NCBI GenBank assembly: GCA_012960835.1
Contig: DUAL01000305.1
Span: 1-57,348, forward strand
Direction: 5' to 3'
Source of the DNA: Flavobacteriales bacterium
Lineage (GTDB): Bacteria > Bacteroidota > Bacteroidia > Flavobacteriales > BACL11
Length of the DNA: 57,348 nucleotides
Made by a program: the position numbers and the translations under genes. Shown here in pieces: positions 39,404 through 48,195 of the stretch. Each line of letters starts with the position of its first letter. The stretch's first letter is position 1. Under the pieces are notes generated by a model, which saw nothing but the letters and a program-made list of their open reading frames with translations, did not search any database and was not told where the DNA came from.

Positions 39404-39411
39404 TATTTTTG
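39404..39411 (+). promoter_or_regulatory. -7 promoter box TATTTTTG upstream of tdk
   Basis: Perfect TAnnTTTG in the 72-bp divergent gap, 43 nt upstream of the ATG at 39455. Confidence 0.45.
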
Positions 39412-39415
39412 TTAG

Positions 39416-39423
39416 CAAACATA
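39416..39423 (-). promoter_or_regulatory. -7 promoter box TATGTTTG upstream of the DUF2279-like/rsmI gene string
   Basis: Perfect TAnnTTTG on the minus strand, 33 nt upstream of the ATG at 39382. Confidence 0.45.
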
Positions 39424-39454
39424 AACATTGCCTAGAAAAAATCGTTATTAAAAA

Positions 39455-40027
39455 ATGTTTTTAGAATCTCAAATAGAACATCCTATGCAAAAAGGAAGTA
39501 TTGAAGTTATTTGTGGCTCCATGTTTTCAGGGAAAACGGAGGAACTGCTTAGACGCCTGAAAAGAGCAAAATATGCGAAACTTAATATTAAAATTTTTAA
39601 GCCTAAAATTGATACTCGTTACGATAAAGAAAAAGTGGTTTCCCATGATGATAATTTTATAGATTCTATAACGGTTGATTGCTCCAATGATATTATTAAG
39701 CTCTCTGAAAATGCAGATGTTGTTGCTATTGATGAAGCCCAATTTTTTGATAAGGAGCTTTATATTGTTTGTAATAAACTTGCCATAAAAGGAATTCGTG
39801 TAATTGTTGCTGGTTTAGACATGGATTTTTTAGGCAATCCTTTTGGCCCAATACCAAATCTACTTTCTGTTGCCGAACACATTACAAAAGTACATGCTAT
39901 TTGTGTGGATTGTGGTGCAATAGCCAATCATTCCTTTCGAAAATCGGAAGATGAGCAATTGGTGAAATTAGGAGAGCAACAGGAATATAAGCCACTTTGT
40001 CGAAAATGTTTTAACAATCAGAAATAG
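39455..40027 (+). CDS. tdk: Thymidine kinase
   Basis: P-loop [17 protein letters not shown], and zinc cysteines CVDCG...CRKC. An alternative start is at 39485 (MQKGSIEV). Confidence 0.93.
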   Translation: MFLESQIEHPMQKGSIEVICGSMFSGKTEELLRRLKRAKYAKLNIKIFKPKIDTRYDKEKVVSHDDNFIDSITVDCSNDIIKLSENADVVAIDEAQFFDKELYIVCNKLAIKGIRVIVAGLDMDFLGNPFGPIPNLLSVAEHITKVHAICVDCGAIANHSFRKSEDEQLVKLGEQQEYKPLCRKCFNNQK

Positions 40028-40028
40028 T

Positions 40029-41108
40029 ATGTCTATCAACCATGAAACCATATTATATGTTGATTTAAAGGCATTAGAAAATAACTATAACTACTTTAAA
40101 AAAAAGCTAAAATCCGACACAAAAATTATTGCTGTTGTAAAGGCATACGCCTACGGACATGGCGATATAAGGATTGCAAAAAAATTATCTGAATTAGGAG
40201 TTCATGCTTTTTGGGTTGCCGATTTTGAAGAAGGAATTAATCTAAGAAAATCAGGAATTACTATGCCAATAATTGTGGCAAATCCTGGCTCAAAAAGCTA
40301 TAATGAAATTATTAAATATAATTTGGAACCCATAATTTATAATTTTCGATTATTAGATATTTTCGGTGAAAATACATCTGCTATTTCGGTGCACATAAAA
40401 TTTAATACTGGGATGAATCGCTATGGTTTTAATGCAGATGAAATTGATTTATTAGTCTCAAAACTGGAAGAATACTCTCATCTAAAAATAGAAAGTATTT
40501 GTTCTCATTTGGCTACCTCTAATGATAAATCGAAAGATGCCTTTACCCAAAAACAATTCAAAAAATTCGATATTATTTGTAAAACATTTTCTAAAAAACT
40601 AAACATAACGCCAAAAAAACATATCCTAAATACTGCTGGGGTTTTGCGTTTCCCCAAGCAACAAAAAGAAATGGTTCGATTAGGGATTGGGCTTTACGGT
40701 ATTGGGGGAGATAAAAAATTGAATCCTATTGGAAAATTAGTAAGCAATGTGGCTCAAATTAGAACATTAAAAAAAGGAGAAAAAGTGGGATATGATTCTT
40801 TTTTTGTTGCTGAAAAAGAAATAAAAATTGCAATAATTCCTCTTGGTTATGCGGATGGAATAAACAGAAAACTTGGGGATCGGAAAGGGAAAGTGCTTAT
40901 AAATAATGCTTCCTGCTCAATTATTGGTAAAATAAGTATGGATAGTTTTATGATAGATATTAGCGGTACAAACGCCAAGGAAGGGGATTTAGTAACTATA
41001 TTTAGTAAAGAAAATTTGGTCGTTACTATTGCAAAAAATCTGAATACTATTGCTTACGAAATTCTAGCTACTCTTAACAGGAGGATTAAGAGGGTTTATC
41101 TAAATTAA
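40029..41108 (+). CDS. alr: Alanine racemase
   Basis: PLP-lysine motif AVVKAYAYGHG, with a barrel plus a C-terminal beta domain, 359 aa. Confidence 0.9.
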   Translation: MSINHETILYVDLKALENNYNYFKKKLKSDTKIIAVVKAYAYGHGDIRIAKKLSELGVHAFWVADFEEGINLRKSGITMPIIVANPGSKSYNEIIKYNLEPIIYNFRLLDIFGENTSAISVHIKFNTGMNRYGFNADEIDLLVSKLEEYSHLKIESICSHLATSNDKSKDAFTQKQFKKFDIICKTFSKKLNITPKKHILNTAGVLRFPKQQKEMVRLGIGLYGIGGDKKLNPIGKLVSNVAQIRTLKKGEKVGYDSFFVAEKEIKIAIIPLGYADGINRKLGDRKGKVLINNASCSIIGKISMDSFMIDISGTNAKEGDLVTIFSKENLVVTIAKNLNTIAYEILATLNRRIKRVYLN

Positions 41109-42279
41109 CCCTACTATAAATAGTATAGAAATAAATATAAAAAGTCGTAAGGATGAAGATAAAGAAATAAGAGTCAACAAGCATAATAATCATAAACATT
41201 AATGGAAGTATTAATCTGTGAAATCCATTTTTAAGCACGATTAATTCTCTAATTTGGAAGTAAAATATTGAAAGTAATAATATTAAGCCAACAATTCCTA
41301 GTTCAAACCATACATATAAATAATTATTATGTGGAGTTGTATGAGTGTGGAATTTATATTCTGATTTAACGTCTCGATTGAATATAGTTCCAAAACTGCC
41401 TGTTCCATAACCTAAAATTGGTTTTTCTTTAATGTAACTAATGCTCTCTTGCACAAATACATATCTGATATCTTTTATTTTTCCAGGTCTTTTCCCTTCA
41501 TTTAAAACTGTTTCAAATCCTTCATCAATTCGAACTTTAAAAGAGTGGGAATAATCATAAGCTCCTATCAGCATTATGCATAACAACCCTAAGATCCCTA
41601 ATGTAATAAGTGCCTTTCTTCTTATATAATAAACCGAATAGAAAAGAAAAAATAAGATAAATATCATGTGTCCTGCTCTGCCTGCCCCAGAAAAAATACT
41701 CCAGCCATAAATTAGAATAAACAGAAGCAAGATTATTGGGTATTTTGTTTGTTTTTCAATTAGTAAATAAAAGCACAATAATGCTGAAAAAGCAAGTAGA
41801 AGATTATGATAATTATATTTAATAAATGCTGATTTATGATCATTATTTAATGAAATCATATTGGTATAATTATATAACTCCTGTATAATCCCAAAATCAA
41901 TTGCAATAGCTATAAGTGCAGAAATGAAAGTTGTTATTAAAAAAGCAATGGCACCAAACTTAAATGCTTTTTTCTTAAAGTTTGTTGTAGCAAAAACGAT
42001 AAACATAAGTAGTAATGGCAGTTTCTGAAAAATCCATGAACTGTTATTATGATTATCGCCCCACAACATTGCAAGGCCATAATAACTAATTAGCGCTAAT
42101 ACGGCTAACATCCATTTGCTTGAAATTATTTGTTTTAACTTTTCATTAAACCCTCCTTCAAAAATCCAAAGTAACGCAAGAAACCCCATAATTATTCCAC
42201 TTGCAGCTATTGAGGTAGGAATTGCAACCCCTAATAAAACAAAGAAAAAAGTTTGAAGTTTTTTTATAATCTCTCTCAT
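41086..42279 (-). CDS. O-antigen ligase (Wzy_C/WaaL)-like polytopic membrane protein
   Basis: About 10-12 hydrophobic segments and one larger loop. The family call rests on topology and size only. Its 3' end overlaps the convergent alr by 23 nt. Confidence 0.5.
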   Translation of the reverse strand: MREIIKKLQTFFFVLLGVAIPTSIAASGIIMGFLALLWIFEGGFNEKLKQIISSKWMLAVLALISYYGLAMLWGDNHNNSSWIFQKLPLLLMFIVFATTNFKKKAFKFGAIAFLITTFISALIAIAIDFGIIQELYNYTNMISLNNDHKSAFIKYNYHNLLLAFSALLCFYLLIEKQTKYPIILLLFILIYGWSIFSGAGRAGHMIFILFFLFYSVYYIRRKALITLGILGLLCIMLIGAYDYSHSFKVRIDEGFETVLNEGKRPGKIKDIRYVFVQESISYIKEKPILGYGTGSFGTIFNRDVKSEYKFHTHTTPHNNYLYVWFELGIVGLILLLSIFYFQIRELIVLKNGFHRLILPLMFMIIMLVDSYFFIFILTTFYIYFYTIYSRVNLDKPS

Positions 42280-42280
42280 T

Positions 42281-43948
42281 TTATTTAACGGAAGTCCCCG
42301 CTAATATATTATCATATCGCTTTTTGTCCTTTAAAACCTTTATTGCCTCTTTCACATCTTTGTCAAATTGAAGTGTTGCAATAATCCTGCCTTTTTGATA
42401 ATAATATCTACTTACAATTTCGCTTGTGATTAGCTCTTTAATTTCAGATTTAAATTTATTTAAATCATCTTTTTTATTCACTTCTAATTTTGCAATTAGA
42501 GCATCATATTCAGTAGCTATTTCCTTAAAATAAAATTCTTCCTCCGCTATTTTTTTTAGCTTCTCTACTACGTCTTCCGTTTCAGTAGTATATTCGTATT
42601 CTTTATCTGATAAAAAAGATTGAAAAGCAACAAAATTTTCATCTGAAAATTGAAATTTATCAGCAGAAGCTATACTGTCATGTGAAAAACGATAATCTGT
42701 CGCATAATCAAAAATTAATCTTTTTCTAATTAAGCTAATGGTAATGTTGCCGATTTTTTCTTGTTCTAGTTCAATGTCTGGCTCAATTCCTCCTCCATCA
42801 TATACCGTTCTGCCGTTTTTGGTTTTAAAAGCCGTTTTCAAAGAATCTTGAATTTTTCCAACACTACCATCCTCATTTCTATTGGAATAATCTAATGCCT
42901 GAATACATCTTCCACTGGGGGTATAATATTTAGCAATGGTTACTTTTAGCTGAGTATTATAACTAAGTTTTCTGCTTTGTTGTACTAGTCCTTTTCCAAA
43001 ACTCCTGCTTCCAATTATTACGCCTCTATCTAAATCTTGCATTACTCCCGATACAATTTCAGATGCAGATGCCGAACTTTGATTGATTAAAACGACTAAG
43101 GGGGTTTTTGTATCTTCTGCTTTTTGAGTTGCTTTATACACTTTTTCCCACTCTTTTATTTTACCCTTAGTGCTTACAATTTCTTCTCCTCCTTCCACAA
43201 AAATATTGGAGATATTTACCGATTCGTTTAAAAGACCTCCAGGGTTTCCTCTTAAATCTAAAATTAAACCTTTTAATTCTTGCTCTTTTTTAAGATTTAC
43301 TAATGCCTTTTTTATGTCTTTTCCGCAATTTCGTGTAAAACTTCTAAGTTTTATATATCCTATTCCATCTGCAACAAATCCTGCATAAGGAACACTTTTT
43401 ACAGTTACCTTTTCTCTGTCAAAACTTACTTCAAAGGGCTTGTCTTGGTTTTTTCTTTCCATAAGAAGGGTAACAGATGTATTGGGTTGACCTTTCAAAA
43501 CTTTACTTACATCTTCAGTCGTTTTCCCTTTTGCTGACACACCATTTATTTCCAGAATTTTATCTCCTGCCATAAGCCCAGCCTTTTGCGCGGGGAAACC
43601 CTCATAAGGCTCACTGATAAAAACATAATCACCTCTTTTTGTAATTATCGCACCTATTCCTCCATATTGCCCAGTTGTCATAAAACGAAAATCTTCAATT
43701 TCAGATTCAGGAATGTAAGTGGTATAAGGATCTAATGATTTCAACATGGCATCAATACCTTTTTTCATTAATTTTCCAGGATCAGTTTCATCTACATAAT
43801 AGGTGTTGAGTTCTTTGTAAAGGGAGGTGAAAATATCTAGATTCTTGGCAATTTCAAAATAATTATCGGTGAAACTAACCGATAAAAATGAAGCAATAAT
43901 TACAGTAATTGCAACTAATGTTATTTTAATTTTTTTCATAATTTTCAT
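42281..43948 (-). CDS. S41 family C-terminal processing peptidase
   Basis: PDZ segment (GDKILEINGV), DLRGNPGG, and catalytic-Ser context NQSSASASEIV. Confidence 0.88.
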   Translation of the reverse strand: MKIMKKIKITLVAITVIIASFLSVSFTDNYFEIAKNLDIFTSLYKELNTYYVDETDPGKLMKKGIDAMLKSLDPYTTYIPESEIEDFRFMTTGQYGGIGAIITKRGDYVFISEPYEGFPAQKAGLMAGDKILEINGVSAKGKTTEDVSKVLKGQPNTSVTLLMERKNQDKPFEVSFDREKVTVKSVPYAGFVADGIGYIKLRSFTRNCGKDIKKALVNLKKEQELKGLILDLRGNPGGLLNESVNISNIFVEGGEEIVSTKGKIKEWEKVYKATQKAEDTKTPLVVLINQSSASASEIVSGVMQDLDRGVIIGSRSFGKGLVQQSRKLSYNTQLKVTIAKYYTPSGRCIQALDYSNRNEDGSVGKIQDSLKTAFKTKNGRTVYDGGGIEPDIELEQEKIGNITISLIRKRLIFDYATDYRFSHDSIASADKFQFSDENFVAFQSFLSDKEYEYTTETEDVVEKLKKIAEEEFYFKEIATEYDALIAKLEVNKKDDLNKFKSEIKELITSEIVSRYYYQKGRIIATLQFDKDVKEAIKVLKDKKRYDNILAGTSVK

Positions 43949-43950
43949 AT

Positions 43951-44172
43951 TTATGGCACAGGATCGTAGCCGTCACCTCCCCAGGGATGACATGTTAAAA
44001 TTCTTTTTATTGTATAGTATCCTCCCTTAAAAGCGCCATGTTTATTTATAGATTGAATCCCATAATCAGAGCATGTTGGGGTGTATCTGCATTTTGGTGA
44101 AAAAAGTGGAGAAATCATTACTTTATAGACTTTTATAATAGTGATAAAAATATAACTTATTAGTTTTTTCAA
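43951..44172 (-). CDS. yidD: Membrane protein insertion efficiency factor YidD
   Basis: 73 aa with CRYTPTCSDY and a HPWGGDGYDPVP end. It lies immediately downstream of rnpA with a 4-nt overlap. Confidence 0.92.
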   Translation of the reverse strand: MKKLISYIFITIIKVYKVMISPLFSPKCRYTPTCSDYGIQSINKHGAFKGGYYTIKRILTCHPWGGDGYDPVP

Positions 44173-44543
44173 AGTTGTTTTATTAAACGATTTAAAACTA
44201 CATTTATTTCCAGTTCCACTTCTTTATTTTTTATAATATTTGATTTTAAATAAATAATTGCAAAAATAATTTGTTTCTCTTGTTTTGACAAAGCTTTATA
44301 TAAAGTCTGTTTCTGCTTGCGATAAGCTTCCCTTACTAACCTTTTAAGCAAATTTCTTTGATTAGCTTTGGCTATATTTCTTTTTGGGATGCTTATCATG
44401 ATTTGTGCAGGAAATTCTGGATTCCTCTTTTGTGTTTTCCAAATTACCGCAAAACTTCCTTCCTTAAAACTCTCTCCTGTTGCGAAAAGATTGTCAATTT
44501 GTTTTTTACCACAAAGCCGCTCTTGTTTACTAAAAGTTTGCAT
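44169..44543 (-). CDS. rnpA: Ribonuclease P protein component
   Basis: 124-aa basic protein in the conserved rnpA-yidD pairing, with an RNR-like basic motif (KANQRNLLKRLVREAYR). Confidence 0.85.
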   Translation of the reverse strand: MQTFSKQERLCGKKQIDNLFATGESFKEGSFAVIWKTQKRNPEFPAQIMISIPKRNIAKANQRNLLKRLVREAYRKQKQTLYKALSKQEKQIIFAIIYLKSNIIKNKEVELEINVVLNRLIKQL

Positions 44544-44570
44544 GGGGGTAAATTACTAATTTCTGAGGAC

Positions 44571-44599
44571 AAAAAAAGGAGCAATTGCTCCTTTTTTTT
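44571..44599. terminator. Bidirectional intrinsic terminator
   Basis: A7 - GGAGCAATTGCTCC (perfect 14-nt palindrome, 44578-44591) - T8. It lies between the hemD stop (44618) and the rnpA start (44543), and on the minus strand it would end the hemD transcript. Confidence 0.7.
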
Positions 44600-44617
44600 A
44601 ATTTGATTTTTTGAGAA

Positions 44618-45385
44618 TTATCTTTTTCTTTTATTAGATACTTTTATGTACTGATCAAGCGCCATGGACATAGATGGTGCTTTTTCATTTGGGGCATCAA
44701 TATCTAAAATTAGTTTATAATCGGCTACTGATTTTGCTGTAGTTGGCCCGAAAGCTGCAATTCTAGTATCCTTTTGCTTAAAATCAGGGAAATTCTTATA
44801 AAGGGAAGTAATTCCTGTTGGGGAGAAAAATACCAAAATATCATAATACACATCTTCCAAATCTGATAAATCAGAACAAACCACTTTATACATTACGGAC
44901 TTGGTGAAATTAATTTCATTGCTTTGCAAAGTATCTACAATCCTTTCTTTTATAAGGTCAGAACACGGTAAAAGAAACATGCATTCCTTGTGCTTTTTTA
45001 AGATAGGAATAAGCTGAAAAAACATTTGCTCGCCTGTAAAAACTTTTCTTTTTCTGAAAATAATAAAGTTTTGAAGATAGTATGCAATGGCCTCAGAAAC
45101 ACAAAAATATTTCATGGTTTCAGGAACTTTTATTCTTAATTTCTCACACATCATAAAATAATGATCCATAGCATTTTTGCTAGTAAAAATTACCGCATCA
45201 TGGTTTAAAATACTTATTTTTTGCTTTTTGAACTCTTGCGTACTTATTTCTTCAACATGAATAAAAGGAATAAAATCAATCTTCAATTTATGCTTTTTCG
45301 CCAAATTAAAGTAAGGTGATTTACCATTTTCTGGTTTTGGTTGCGAGATAAGTATGGATTTCACCTTTTTTTTTCTTCCTTCCAT
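44618..45385 (-). CDS. hemD: Uroporphyrinogen-III synthase
   Basis: The N-terminus KSILISQPKPENGKSPYFNLAKKHKLKIDFIPFIHVE matches the flavobacterial HemD pattern as I remember it. Length is 255 aa. Confidence 0.75.
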   Translation of the reverse strand: MEGRKKKVKSILISQPKPENGKSPYFNLAKKHKLKIDFIPFIHVEEISTQEFKKQKISILNHDAVIFTSKNAMDHYFMMCEKLRIKVPETMKYFCVSEAIAYYLQNFIIFRKRKVFTGEQMFFQLIPILKKHKECMFLLPCSDLIKERIVDTLQSNEINFTKSVMYKVVCSDLSDLEDVYYDILVFFSPTGITSLYKNFPDFKQKDTRIAAFGPTTAKSVADYKLILDIDAPNEKAPSMSMALDQYIKVSNKRKR

Positions 45386-45410
45386 TGTGCCTTTATTTTT
45401 TAGTTTTCTT

Positions 45411-46037
45411 CTAATAGAATACCACTTTGGTAAAAACTAAAAGTGGTAAAATTTCAAGGGTGCAAAGATACAGAAATAAATAATATCTGGAAAGCCCAAA
45501 GCCTCCTATTCCTATTTTCCATAACCAGAAAATTTTAATCAGCAAAAACAGAGCTATAATTACTACTGAAAACACTAATAAGATAGGGCTGGAATTAATG
45601 GGAGAAAAAAATAGAAGTACTACAATGGGGAAAAGGATAATCCCCATTACTCTATCGAATAAAAAGGAAAAATATACCCCCAACTTTGCTAATGCTTTTA
45701 GTATAAAAACATGTCCTAAAAGGCGAATAATAATAGCCTTTGAAAAGAAAAAAATAGTCGTAAAAATAAATACATTCCAAAAATCAAAAGGATTTAAACT
45801 ATCGCCAAAAATAGTTTTTGCTAGGAACAAGCTAACATTTATCAGCATTATAGTTGTGACTAAAAAAGTTACCCTTTCTGTAAATGCGTTTTCTTCTTTT
45901 AAGTACTGATTGGCATATCGTTGGGCAAATACACTAAGGAACAATTGCTTTGTAAATTTCTGGTAAAAAGCTTTAAGCAGTGCTATTAAAAGCAAATCGA
46001 AAGTGAGAATAATAAAAAATGTATCGCTATAAGTCAA
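45411..46037 (-). CDS. DUF4271-like polytopic membrane protein
   Basis: Six hydrophobic segments, a TTG start, and a position directly upstream of hemD, as in other Bacteroidota. The family name is from memory. Confidence 0.55.
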   Translation of the reverse strand: MTYSDTFFIILTFDLLLIALLKAFYQKFTKQLFLSVFAQRYANQYLKEENAFTERVTFLVTTIMLINVSLFLAKTIFGDSLNPFDFWNVFIFTTIFFFSKAIIIRLLGHVFILKALAKLGVYFSFLFDRVMGIILFPIVVLLFFSPINSSPILLVFSVVIIALFLLIKIFWLWKIGIGGFGLSRYYLFLYLCTLEILPLLVFTKVVFY

Positions 46038-46057
46038 TTTTATCTTTTTATCTTTTG

Positions 46058-46065
46058 CAAAGATA
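46058..46065 (-). promoter_or_regulatory. -7 promoter box TATCTTTG upstream of the DUF4271-like/hemD genes
   Basis: Perfect TAnnTTTG on the minus strand, 20 nt upstream of the TTG start at 46037. Confidence 0.45.
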
Positions 46066-46102
46066 TGTTTTATGATAGCTTTACCAATCTTATTAAAAAA
46101 GG

Positions 46103-46110
46103 TATTTTTG
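46103..46110 (+). promoter_or_regulatory. -7 promoter box TATTTTTG upstream of gcdH
   Basis: Perfect TAnnTTTG, 20 nt upstream of the ATG at 46131. Confidence 0.5.
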
Positions 46111-46130
46111 CCAAAAAATTAACAATTACC

Positions 46131-47309
46131 ATGTCACAAGATTTATTTCAAGCTCCTGATTATTTTCTGATGGATGAGCTCCTTACTGAAGAACACATAT
46201 TAATTAGAGATGCTGCTAGAGAATGGGTGAAAAAAGAGGTTTCTCCTATTATTGAAGAAGCTTGTCAAAAAGCGGAATTCCCTAAACAAATTATAAAAGG
46301 ATTAGGAGGAATTGGTGCTTTTGGACCCTATATACCAACAGAATATGGTGGTGCAGGATTGGATCAAATTTCCTACGGATTAATAATGCAAGAGCTCGAA
46401 AGAGGGGATAGTGGGGTGCGCTCTACTGCTTCTGTTCAATCATCACTAGTGATGTATCCAATCTGGAAATACGGCAATGAACAACAAAGGCAAAAATATT
46501 TACCAAAATTAGCAACTGGAGAATTTATCGGTTGTTTTGGTTTGACTGAGCCTAACCATGGATCTGATCCTGGAGGGATGATAACTAATATTAAAGATAT
46601 GGGAGACCATTATTTGTTGAATGGTGCAAAAATGTGGATTTCAAACTCTCCATTTGCTGATATTGCAGTGGTTTGGGCGAAAAATGAAAAGGGGAGAATA
46701 AAAGGTGTGTTAGTAGAAAGAGGAATGAAAGGGTTCACTACTCCTGAAACGCACGGAAAATGGAGCTTGCGCGCTTCAGCAACTGGTGAGTTAGTTTTTG
46801 ATAATGTAAAAATTCCTAAGGAGAATATTTTACCAAACAAAGATGGTTTAAGTGCGCCACTAGGTTGTTTGGATTCTGCTAGATACGGAATTGCTTGGGG
46901 AACTATCGGTACCGCAATGGATTGTTACGACACAGCATTAAGATATGCAAAACAAAGAATTCAGTTTGGAAGACCAATTGCTTCTTTTCAATTACAACAA
47001 AAGAAATTAGCAGAAATGATTACAGAAATTACCAAAGCACAATTCTTGACTTGGCGTTTAGGCGTTTTAAGAAATGAAGGGAGAGCAACAACTGCACAAA
47101 TTTCAATGTGTAAGCGGAACAATGTAGATATGGCACTAAAAATTGCTCGTGAAGCAAGACAAATTTTAGGCGCTATGGGAATAACAGGAGAATATTCTAT
47201 CATGAGACATATGATGAATTTAGAATCAGTAATTACTTATGAAGGGACCCATGATATTCACTTGCTGATTACTGGAATGGATATAACGGGCGAAAATGCT
47301 TTTAAATAG
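46131..47309 (+). CDS. gcdH: Acyl-CoA dehydrogenase, glutaryl-CoA dehydrogenase-like
   Basis: GLTEPNHGSDPGGM and the ACAD fold throughout. I prefer the start at 46131 (MSQDLFQAPDY) because a -7 box lies at 46103-46110. Confidence 0.85.
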   Translation: MSQDLFQAPDYFLMDELLTEEHILIRDAAREWVKKEVSPIIEEACQKAEFPKQIIKGLGGIGAFGPYIPTEYGGAGLDQISYGLIMQELERGDSGVRSTASVQSSLVMYPIWKYGNEQQRQKYLPKLATGEFIGCFGLTEPNHGSDPGGMITNIKDMGDHYLLNGAKMWISNSPFADIAVVWAKNEKGRIKGVLVERGMKGFTTPETHGKWSLRASATGELVFDNVKIPKENILPNKDGLSAPLGCLDSARYGIAWGTIGTAMDCYDTALRYAKQRIQFGRPIASFQLQQKKLAEMITEITKAQFLTWRLGVLRNEGRATTAQISMCKRNNVDMALKIAREARQILGAMGITGEYSIMRHMMNLESVITYEGTHDIHLLITGMDITGENAFK

Positions 47310-47586
47310 GATGAAAAATACATTTAGAATTATTGCATTTCTAGAAGGAGTATCTTATTTACTTCTTCTTTTTGTTGCCGTACCTATTAAATATAATTTG
47401 GGCGACCCTGCTTATGTAAAACTATTGGGAATGCCTCACGGATTATTATTTATGGCTTATTTAGTGTTGGCTTACTTATTAAAGGATGAACAAAAATGGG
47501 AGGGGAAATCTTTCCTGATTATACTAGTGGCATCTGTTATTCCCTTTGGTACTTTTTATGTGGATACAAAGTACTTGAGGAACTAA
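47296..47586 (+). CDS. Small three-TM membrane protein (DUF3817-like)
   Basis: 96 aa and hydrophobic. An alternative start at 47311 would remove the overlap with gcdH. Confidence 0.55.
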   Translation: MLLNRMKNTFRIIAFLEGVSYLLLLFVAVPIKYNLGDPAYVKLLGMPHGLLFMAYLVLAYLLKDEQKWEGKSFLIILVASVIPFGTFYVDTKYLRN

Positions 47587-48150
47587 TTATTTTAACAACT
47601 TAGCAGCCTCCAACAATTCATTATACCAATCGGCTCCGTATTTTCGGATAAGTGGTTCTTTTAAAAAAGCATAAACAGGCATTTCTAATTTACTGCCGCA
47701 ATCGCATGCCGGTTTGCAAATTTTTATGTTTTCATAGTTTACCGCATCAAAATCACGATATTCTTTTATGCGAATAGGAAACAAATGACAAGAAATAGGT
47801 TTTTTAAAATCTATTTTCCCATCCAAATAGGCTTTTTCTATAGCACATAAATTAATTCCATTTTCTTTTATAACAAAAGCACATTCTTTCTTTTTTACTA
47901 GTGGAGTGGTCAAATCTCCATCTGCATCATAAACAGCAAATCCCTGGTTTTCTACTTCCCTAACCCCTTCTTTTCGCATATAAGGTTTTACTTTTTCGTA
48001 AATATCTTCTAATGTTTTCTCTTCTTCCTTTAGTAGTGGCGCACCAGAATCTCCTTCCACACAACAAGCCCCTTTGCATGCATTTAAATCACAAACAAAG
48101 TGCTTTTCAAAAACATCCATTGAAATTATTTTGTCCTGAACTTGAATCAT
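47587..48150 (-). CDS. Cysteine-rich protein (DUF3109-like)
   Basis: 187 aa with cysteine clusters CDLNACKGACCVEG, CAF...C, C..H and CKPACDCG. This suggests a metal or Fe-S binding protein. Confidence 0.55.
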   Translation of the reverse strand: MIQVQDKIISMDVFEKHFVCDLNACKGACCVEGDSGAPLLKEEEKTLEDIYEKVKPYMRKEGVREVENQGFAVYDADGDLTTPLVKKKECAFVIKENGINLCAIEKAYLDGKIDFKKPISCHLFPIRIKEYRDFDAVNYENIKICKPACDCGSKLEMPVYAFLKEPLIRKYGADWYNELLEAAKLLK

Positions 48151-48154
48151 AGCA

Positions 48155-48162
48155 CAAAAGTA
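48155..48162 (-). promoter_or_regulatory. -7 promoter box TACTTTTG upstream of the DUF3109-like gene
   Basis: Perfect TAnnTTTG on the minus strand, ending 4 nt before the ATG at 48150. Confidence 0.45.
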
Positions 48163-48183
48163 CGCTTTTGAGAATAGAATTTA

Positions 48184-48191
48184 TATTTTTG
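48184..48191 (+). promoter_or_regulatory. -7 promoter box TATTTTTG upstream of glyQS
   Basis: Perfect TAnnTTTG, ending 4 nt before the ATG at 48196. Confidence 0.45.
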
Positions 48192-48195
48192 TAGC

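Noticed and set aside
44578-44591. The 14-nt perfect palindrome GGAGCAATTGCTCC as a protein operator or restriction-type site
   Set aside because: It is flanked by A7 and T8 runs and sits exactly between two transcription units. A bidirectional intrinsic terminator is the simpler explanation.
46065-46130. Longer gcdH start (MFYDSFTNLIKK...)
   Set aside because: A perfect TAnnTTTG box (46103-46110) sits inside the extension, 20 nt before the ATG at 46131, and the acyl-CoA dehydrogenase homology begins after that ATG.
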